Assembly: GCF_009914755.1 (NCBI RefSeq)
Contig: NC_060940.1
Origin: the human T2T-CHM13v2.0 reference genome, Homo sapiens
DNA length: 64,000 nucleotides
Strand: one strand, 5' to 3'
The notes below the pieces were generated by a model. The model ran no database searches and was not told where the DNA came from. It was given only the letters and a program-made list of their open reading frames with translations. The translations under genes were made by a program, and so were the position numbers. The first letter of the stretch is position 1, and every line of letters begins with the position of its first letter. Shown here in pieces: positions 55,206 through 64,000 of this stretch.

Positions 55206-56241
55206 TACTGTTTTCAAGTTGAAATGGGTTAGGGGAACACAGTGACTAATGACTATTTAAAATGGCCAACGAGTGCCACCAAAAATAGTCATGGTGTTGC
55301 CAGCTCTGTCTTGTCTATTTGTTCAGACTTGAAGTGATCTTCGTTGTTTTCCCAGTAGGAAACAAACTTGCTAAGAATCCTGTATTATCATTGGTGTATG
55401 CCAATATGATATTTATTAAATTAGCCAATGGATGTGTTTTGAGGACATGTCATGTGTCAAAGATGATGCTAGGTGTTAGGGCTGCAATACCAAATACTAG
55501 ATTATTCACAGGTTCATGAGGCTCATCTAGCATCATTCTCACAACTGCTAACACAGGGCAGTGCCTGATTCATAGTTAGACTTTAGTAAACATTTGATGA
55601 ATGACTAAATGTGTAATCAGAACAGGAAAGTGAAAATCTTGCAGATCGCCAGCTCAGAGTATGTATGCATCTATACATACAAGCACACACACATATAAGC
55701 ATACATATATGTGATACATATGAAATGGCATATTAAGACCATTCTCCATTTATCATCATCTGATTGTCTAGAATTAAGAACATTTACCTATATGTGGAGG
55801 AACTCCAAAATTATTATGCTATTGTTTCTAATCTAGAAAGATCTTTAGGAAATACTGGTAGAACTTCACATCTTCAGATAAGCTTTTCAGTCTAGCTTAC
55901 CCATGCTTTCCTGTCCTAAAATTTTCTAAGTTTTGATATCTTGCTAAAGAAAAAATGAACAGTGTTAAGCATTGGTGCATTTTGCGTACTTCAACCTTTT
56001 CTGTCTATAAACAAGCATCTGTAAGGCACCTGGAACTCTGCTAACATGGCTCACATGTTCCACTTTGTGACTTGATGTAACTCTTAGCTGCGTGCAGCAT
56101 CCAGGTGAGATGTGAAGCTCTCATTCAGTTTACAAACAGTAAAATTACTGTGTCTTAATAATGTATCTCTATGTTGTTGAAATTTATGGAGAAAATGTTT
56201 GTGGTCAACAATGCTTATCAGAATGGTGTGAACGGTTTTTT

Positions 56242-56451
56242 ATAGCGATGTTTATCAAGTTATGTTGTGCATATGAATCATGTAGAGTTGATGCTTGGGA
56301 AATCTTGTTAAAAGAATTGCTTAGGAGATCTTGTTCAAATATAGATTCAGATTTGGAAGTTCTGGGTTAGAGCCTGAGATTCTGCTTTTCTGCTGAACTG
56401 CAAGTGATGGGATGCTACCAAGTCATGGACCACACTTTGGGTAGCAAGGAT
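56242..56451. mobile_element. MER5A-like
   Basis: gtgcatatgaatca...ggagatcttgttcaaatatagattc...gcctgagattctgc...ggaccacactttgggtagcaagg. Confidence 0.7.
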
Positions 56452-57300
56452 TTTAAACAAATAAGGTCCATGCATCATACATACTATTGTACATACATGA
56501 TTTTGTGACAAACCACATACATGTCCTATGCTAGATACTGCGTCATTTTTGTTATCTCCAGTTTACAGGCTGAAAACATGAAACTCAGTCAGGTGAGAGC
56601 TGTTGTCTGAGTTGCACTTCTGGGAAACTGCAAAATTGAGATTTAAACCCAAGAACTCTGACTTCAAGCACATGTTGTTAATGTCCCTGTATGTTGCTTA
56701 CTGTCTCTGCTGGTACAGCTGAAGCGAGGTCTTAGGTCTCTAAGCAGATAGCACCTGAATACGCCTGTATGCCTCTGTGCTTGGCTGCATTGTAGAGTGT
56801 GTTTTTAGTAATACCTGCTTGGGGTACTACTGAATTGAATAGGGTTGGAATTCTGGATCTAAGGTCTAGTGGAACCAACAGCAAATTCTGGACATTAGTT
56901 CTCAAGGCAATGCTTCTCATTGAGATGCTGTCACCCCCAGGAGGGTATAGACCAACTTCTTTAGCTCCAGTGGTGTGAGAAGAGTAAGCAGGGATTGAGT
57001 GTGTCTCCAGAATCTGAACAGAATGAGCTTTTATCATTTTTACCAACTATGCCCTTGATTTGTGTTCAAGATAGAGAATAACTTTTGGAGGGGGTTATTT
57101 CTGGAATAAAAAGGGAATTTACTTATCTGTTTAGTGATGGGGATGATCTTTCCTCCAAATCACACCGTGGAACAGTCTTTGATCAATAGAATTTTTCTTT
57201 GCAGATGTCACAGAGGTATTCGTTCCTTGACATTTTTGGAAGTGTGGATATAGGATGGAAAGGTTTGGAAGGGTGGAGGTAGGATGGAAGGGTGGATATA

Positions 57301-57357
57301 GGTGTTATTCTTTGCACCATCAATCTACCTGTGACTGGTGATGCAAAGTATAATGCC
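57301..57357 (+). other. Candidate pre-miRNA-like stem-loop (22-bp stem, 13-nt loop)
   Basis: ggtgttattctttgcaccatca / tggtgatgcaaagtataatgcc: 17 Watson-Crick pairs, 3 G-U pairs, 2 mismatches; expression unknown. Confidence 0.3.
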
Positions 57358-57958
57358 CTTCCCTCCCAAAAGTGTACCCTTTGCAGAATCAGTAGGAAGT
57401 GAGGAAGTAACTCCTTTTAACTTGGATGTTAGCAGTCATCATCCTAATCATTCCCTATTTTAATCACAGAAATAAAAGGAAGAAAATCATTCTTGAGTCG
57501 GCTAATGCTATGTTACAGAACCATAGCTATTCATTGGTAATAGCTGGAAGACTGTTCTCTTATGCCCTTTTAATTGAGTGTCTTTCCGTCCTCTAGCTGT
57601 CCAATATCTGTTTAATCCACAAACAAGACTAATTTTGACTCAAAACATAGCTGGCCCTAGTACAAGAAGATGCATTGAGCAATAGGAATTATAAAATGAA
57701 AAGGTAAGGATGGTTGCATCCTGGGGGGAAAATGCCTTCCCAGGCAATTTGAGCAAACAAAATAATGCAAATGTCTTCTGAATGTAGTAAGGAGTTAAGG
57801 CCATCAGTAAAAGAGAGCAAATTGAATGAATAATACAAAGAATCATCCCTCAGTAAGAGAATAATGATTTCATGAAGCAGTGTAGAAAGAGGAGGGAGAG
57901 TAGAGAAATCTGAATGCCTTTGATAGTTGAGAATGAAATGGAAATGTAACAGCTTCAC

Positions 57959-58546
57959 AAGGTGAATATGGAGAAGGGGTAGGAGAAGAGGAAACAAGAT
58001 CAGTAGAGATAACCCGTGGTTTTAAGCAAAATGAGGGGAAGACATTTAGAAATTTGTAAAATTGTGACCACAGCATTTTTTGACAGTGGAGGAGGAGGGG
58101 TATGTAGCTTGGATCGTTGTATTTAGAAACTACCTTTTTTATGAATTTTGCTGCATTACCTGAAAGTGAGCATTAGTTACTTGTATAATAAGCACCAAAA
58201 TAGATTGTTGTGAGCATAGCAGTGATGTCCGTGTGAATAACATGTGAACTAAGAACGAAGGTGAATATGGAGAAGGGGTAAGAAAAGAGGAAACAAGATC
58301 ATTAGAGGTAACCTGTGGTTTTAAGGAAAATGAGGGGAAGACATTTAGAAATTTGTAAAATTGTGACCATAGCATTTTTGGACAGTGGAGGAGGAGGGGT
58401 ATGTAGCTTGGATCGTTGTATTTAGAAACTACCTTTTTTATGAATTTTGCTGCATTACCTGAAAGTGAGCATCAGTCACTTGTATAATAAGCAGCAACGT
58501 AGATTGTCATGAGGCATAGCAGTGATGTCCGTGTGAATAACATGTG
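57959..58546 (+). repeat. Tandem duplication of about 288 bp (57959-58246 and 58258-58546) with an 11-nt filler
   Basis: About 15 substitutions and 1 indel; duplicated ORFs MLWSQFYKFLNVFPSF on the minus strand. Confidence 0.97.
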
Positions 58547-58793
58547 GAGGGTTAGATAATTGTATGTGGAAAAGAAAGGGACATGGACAACATAGCGGTC
58601 ATCCTATTGTGTCTAAAGTGAATTTAGCACACATGGGAGAAAAAGGAAATTTTACGTATCAGGTGTTCAGTGAATATTGGAGGTGTTTGTTGTGGTGGTG
58701 GTAGTTTTTACTATTCTGTAAAATGCACAGTTTCAAATAAAGGATATTGTTATTTCCACTTTAAAATACATAAGAAACTAAGTAAGTTCTTCT

Positions 58794-59329
58794 TGATACC
58801 AGAAAGGGGTCCAAATCCAGACCCCTAGAGAGTGTTCTTGGATCTCAGGCAAGAAAGAATTCAGGGTGAGTCTATAAAGTGAAAGCAAGTTTATTAAGAG
58901 AGTAGAGGAATAAAAGAATGGCTACTCCATAGAGAGAGCATCCCCAAGGGCTGCTGGTTGCCTATTTTTGTGGTTATTTCTTGATGATATGCCAAACAAG
59001 GGGTGTATTATTCAGGCCTCCCCTTTTTAGACCATATAGGGTAACTTGCTGATGTTGCCATGGCATCTGTAAACTGTCATGGCACTGCTGGGAGTACAGC
59101 AGTGGTCACTCTGATTGCCATCTTGGTTTTGGTGGGTTTTGGCCACCTTCTCCACTGCAACCTGTTTTATCAGCAAGGTCTTCTTGACCTGTATTTTGTG
59201 CCAACCTCTTATCTCATCCTGTGAATTAGAATTCCTTAACCATCTGGGAATGCAGCCCAGTAGGTCTCAGCCTCATTTTACTCCGCTGCTATTCAAGATG
59301 GAGTTGCTCTGATTCAAACACCTCTGACA
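58794..59329 (-). mobile_element. MER41A-type ERV1 solo LTR
   Basis: Ends ...ttcaagatggagttgctctgattcaaacacctctgaca (reverse complement of the MER41 start); 4-bp TSD TTCT at 58790-58793 and 59330-59333. Confidence 0.9.
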
Positions 59330-59449
59330 TTCTTGCTGAGAGCCGTGAGTTCTCTTGCTGGGGTTAGATGATATGAGATGGTGGAGGCCGCAGGGACGGA
59401 ATTGTTTCTTTTCTAGATCTCTTCCTTAGTTTACTTTCTTTCTTCCCTT

Positions 59450-59897
59450 TGTAAAAGGAAAATAAATCTTGGGACCTCAAACTCACTAAGCCAAAGGGAA
59501 AAGTCAAGCTGGGAACTGGTTCATGCAAACCTGCCTCCTGTTTTTCTTCCTCGGTGTAATGGCTACAAAGATGGAAAGCTACATACCTCCCTCACCTCTT
59601 GCCCGCCTGAGGCAAATGCATATCCAATGGCATCCTTTGCCGTATTGTCTACATTATCTTATGTAAACATGCAGATTAGCTGAGACAGACAAAGGCATAA
59701 ATAATTATTTTCTCTTATCCTCCAACATGAAAATTGTATACTTCTCTTGATCTTGCCCTTTCCCCTTTAAATATTGAAACCTTGAAAATCATCTTCTTAG
59801 AAAGGTATTAGACCTGTCTCCCAGGCACATGTTCTTAACTTTGGCAAGTAAATCTAAGATGATTGAGACTTGCCTTGGTCATTTTCCTTGATTAACA
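59450..59897 (+). mobile_element. MER4-group ERV1 solo LTR
   Basis: tgtaaaaggaaaataaatcttgggacctcaaactcactaagccaaagggaaaagtcaagctgggaactg...tcattttccttgattaaca. Confidence 0.82.
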
Positions 59898-59943
59898 TGT
59901 CTTTATAATCTTTCAAAAGTTATAGACTCTGTGTTGGAATGAA

Positions 59944-59983
59944 TGTGTGTGTGTGTGTGTGTGTGTACATACTTGTGTGTGTG
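59944..59983. repeat. (TG)n microsatellite
   Basis: Seen directly. Confidence 0.9.
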
Positions 59984-60106
59984 TAGTTTGGGTCTGTGTT
60001 GTACAGGAGTAAAAAAAATGGCTTTATGTCCACTGTCAGTGAATACTGCTGTGCCTTTGCACTTTGACTTTAAACAAGAGAAGGTGTAATTGATAAAGAA
60101 ACTAGA

Positions 60107-60272
60107 AGCCAGGCATGGTGGCATGCAGCTGAAGTCCTAGCTACTTGGGAGGATGAGTTGGGAGGACCACTTGAGCCCAAGAGGTCAAGGCTGCAGTAAG
60201 CCATGATCACACCACTGCACTCTAGCCTGGGTAAGAAAGTGAGATGCCATCTCTAAAAATAAAATAGAAAAA
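60107..60272 (+). mobile_element. FRAM or AluJ right arm
   Basis: agccaggcatggtggcatgc...gaggtcaaggctgcagtaagcc. Confidence 0.88.
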
Positions 60273-61084
60273 GAAGCTGAATTTTTCCAATAAAGTCCCA
60301 CATCCAACTGTCTGGTGGAACTACCACCAATGGCTTCTCATTGGTGGAAACAGTTCCACAGATTTTTTTTTTTTTTTTAAGAAAAACCTAATTGCATGTG
60401 AATTTTTCTCAGACAAAAGTAGTTCTAAGAGTTTACCAAGAAATTAAAGTTCTTCAATAATTCAGTGTCAAATACATACGTTTGAATACTGAAAGCAGCC
60501 TCTTAATATCCATCTTCTTATTGGCTTTTTGTCTTGCTTTGCCTTGTAGATTTTTAGATAACGTCTAAAGGAAAACAACAAAATGGTTGAGGGGGAACCT
60601 CATGGAGTCAATTTGTTTTTCACTGTGGAAAATCTCTGTAGTCAGACTGATTTTTGCTCCTTCTAGGCGAATTGTTATATTTGCACACATTGTCAAAAAG
60701 TCATTGAACTATCTATTGCTGGTGACTGCACACATCCCTGTTACCAGCTCTGTAGTCCTCTGGGTTTGGGTGTAAAAAGAGTTGCCTGAAATAAATAGTT
60801 AACTGAAACTCAGCCTGGGAGCTACATTTCTGAGCACTTCCGTTTTCTACTTCTTACAAAATACAGTTCAAAAAATTCTAGACTGACATTCAAAGTACTT
60901 TTTCATCTGGCTCCAGCCTGTTTCAACCTTAAGTACACACAGTGATATACCGTAGGCTAGGACATTGTTGTCCCCAGGGTACTTACAATTTCCTTCCTGT
61001 CTTCATATCTTTCCCCCACCTGGAGGAATGTCTACCCCCTTTAGCTCCAAGTCTTATCTACTCCTCATAGCCACACTCAGATAG

Positions 61085-61300
61085 TAGTGATTAATATTCA
61101 TATATATTCACTATGTGCTTTACATATGCAGAATCTTTCATTTTCATAGTACCCTATTAAGTGGGTAATATTGTCATTTTATAGATGGGGGAAATGAGAA
61201 CCAGAGAGGTTAAGTAATGTGTACCAAATCACAGAGCTAAGAAATATTGGATCAGGGGTATAAACCTAGACACTCTGGCTTCAAAGTCTGCCTCCTTAAG
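61085..61300 (-). mobile_element. MIR
   Basis: cattttatagatgggggaaatgagaaccagagaggttaagtaa...ctggcttcaaagtc. Confidence 0.65.
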
Positions 61301-62018
61301 TATTATAACAGACAGCCTCTCAATACTTACATCTGCCATGCAACTGTTCTTCATCTTCTCCAGCAAAATTTAAGCTCGCTTTTTCCCTCAAATATTCCTA
61401 TCGCTCTGCCCGGGCTCATCATTTTCTGTTTTGAATATTTGTTATTCATTATGAGATGAATGCATAGCCTGTCTGCCAGGTCGTTGGATAAGCTCTTGGG
61501 ATGCAAAGTCAAACCATTTTCTCCCTTCAGGGAACTGATAATCTAGGTTTGGAGAGGGGCAAGCAATAAACATCTGTGAGGTAGATGGTTATGTGATACC
61601 TTATGCCGTATCTTAGTGTCTTTTAATAGAGGTGTGAATACAAGATCATAGAAACATAGGGAAGAGGGGCTCGTTCAGCCCTCATCGCCTGGTATGGGCA
61701 GGAAGACTCTACTGAGAAAAGGTACTTGATCTGAACCTTGAAGCATGAATGTAATTTTCCTAACCAGAGGGTCCAGGAATAGGATTCCAGTCCAAGGAAG
61801 TGGGATGAATAAAACCTCAAATACACTCTCTTCATATGCCAATGTTCCTGGATGGGTTTACACCATCTCAGAATTCCAGGGTGAGGGGGGGTGGGTGGAA
61901 ATAGACGAATTGCAGGAATTTTTACTGTAAGAGTAAAGGAAAAACATTTCAGTGAATAAAATAAAGACGTAATGTTTGCCTTATCCTCTAAATATTTAAA
62001 CCAGAGATCAAAAAGTCA

Positions 62019-62339
<321 letters not shown>

Positions 62340-62978
62340 TTAGATGAGTTGGATTTGTAGATATTTAATGTTGATTGTTAAGCCCTGGTAACTTTGCGTA
62401 AATTGTTTTAAGCAGTGAGTGGTTCACATATTTTATATAGATGGGCCACTTAGATAATCTCACTTGCAGTTTGTGGTCTGTGATTTAGACCAAACAGGCT
62501 TAGCTCAGAGTTTCTGTGAAACAGGTAACACTAAGTATGAAGGTGCCTGCTTGTAGACCAAGTCTAATCCGTCAGCAATTCCTGAGTGCCTACTTGATGC
62601 TGAGCCCTCTGTGAGATCCTATAGAGTCTACTAAAGTAACTGGATGATGAAGAGGGCTCTTAGGTTAATGCACGTTTAGAAAATTGTGTTTTGGCAATTG
62701 GCACATAAATACCAGGTTGTCCTTTTGATATCACTCTGTTAAAATGTATAATTCTGGAAATGTTCCTCTTGTTTTGAGTCTCTGATGGAGAAAATAATGA
62801 GTAGCAACAGAATGCATGTAAATAGGAGGAATGTGCTGTGGTGCTGCACATTTACACCGTTCCCTATCATTTAAGGAGACCAGCTGATAAAAAAAGATAC
62901 ATGTTTATTTCGTTTGTTCCTTCCCTAACCCCAATTTGCTGTGTTATTCTTCCGGATTTTCAGGAGGAATCGGCATAG

Positions 62979-63406
<428 letters not shown>

Positions 63407-64000
63407 CCTTAAGTGTGTCTTTATAGTAGAGGTTTGTATGCTCAGCCTTCCAGCCTGTGGAGCTGTGTGCTATTACCAAGTTTTACTCTCTGAGTACATA
63501 GCCTGTAGTTGGGTTTGAATATTAAGTGTCAAATTCCAATACACCAATGAGAGATTTGAAGCAACCAGCAGGTAGCTTCTACATCCCTAAAAGCTGCAGA
63601 GCGCTGTCTGTGTTTATGAGCGGTCTCATTTCACACATGTCCAATGACTGGAATGAAGCTGGTGATCCAGTGTGTGATGCTGAAGGTACCATTACCTGCA
63701 GCTGTCCTCTTTCCTGAAATGAGGAGGGGACAGGGGCAATGGCTCAGGAGGAAAACGTGCAGAGCCCGCTGTTCACAAATGTGAAGGTTACTCCAGAGAG
63801 CGCCGGGAGCGATTTGTCAGCTTTGTTTGCAAAGAGATAGGGAGTGAAGGATTGTGATCCTTGGCACCGATAATGTCCCCTGGGCCACAAACTAATCCAG
63901 CAGGAAACCTGATGTAACACAGCTATTTTATTCACATATGTCTGTATGGTTATCATAGAGGGCAGCAATGGAATAACAAGGCTTAGGAGATAATCATCAA

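Noticed and set aside
57959-58546. Direct repeats as a possible CRISPR array or paired LTRs
   Set aside because: Eukaryotic context with only two long copies; no spacers, TG...CA ends or TSD.

Overview
This is primate, human-like, non-coding DNA: a gene desert or a very large intron. It contains no supportable protein-coding gene, tRNA/rRNA gene, CRISPR array or CpG island. The ORF track is explained by Alu, L1, LTR and microsatellite sequence or by chance. The window is a dense record of interspersed repeats. It has about 25 Alu or Alu-monomer copies, several L1 3' ends, and a ~6 kb old L1MD-like element nested in an L2 and itself carrying a MER2 and three Alus. It also has MaLR and ERV1 solo LTRs (MST, MLT1, MER41A, MER4 group), DNA transposon relics (MER2, MER5, MER20, MER102, Made1), and many MIR/L2 fragments. 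Subfamily names come from recalled consensus sequences and need RepeatMasker/Dfam confirmation. Unusual structures that repeat annotation does not explain: (1) a near-perfect 48-bp inverted repeat around a microsatellite (48884-49089); (2) a pre-miRNA-shaped hairpin (57301-57357) and two further compact hairpins; (3) at least five local templated duplications of different ages, including a MER2 that has captured a copy of the neighbouring L1; (4) a well-preserved CR1/L3 reverse-transcriptase fragment (FADD motif) in unique DNA; (5) repeated Alu insertion at one target site; (6) several repeat-poor, homeobox-motif-rich blocks that look like enhancers. I could not identify the locus.
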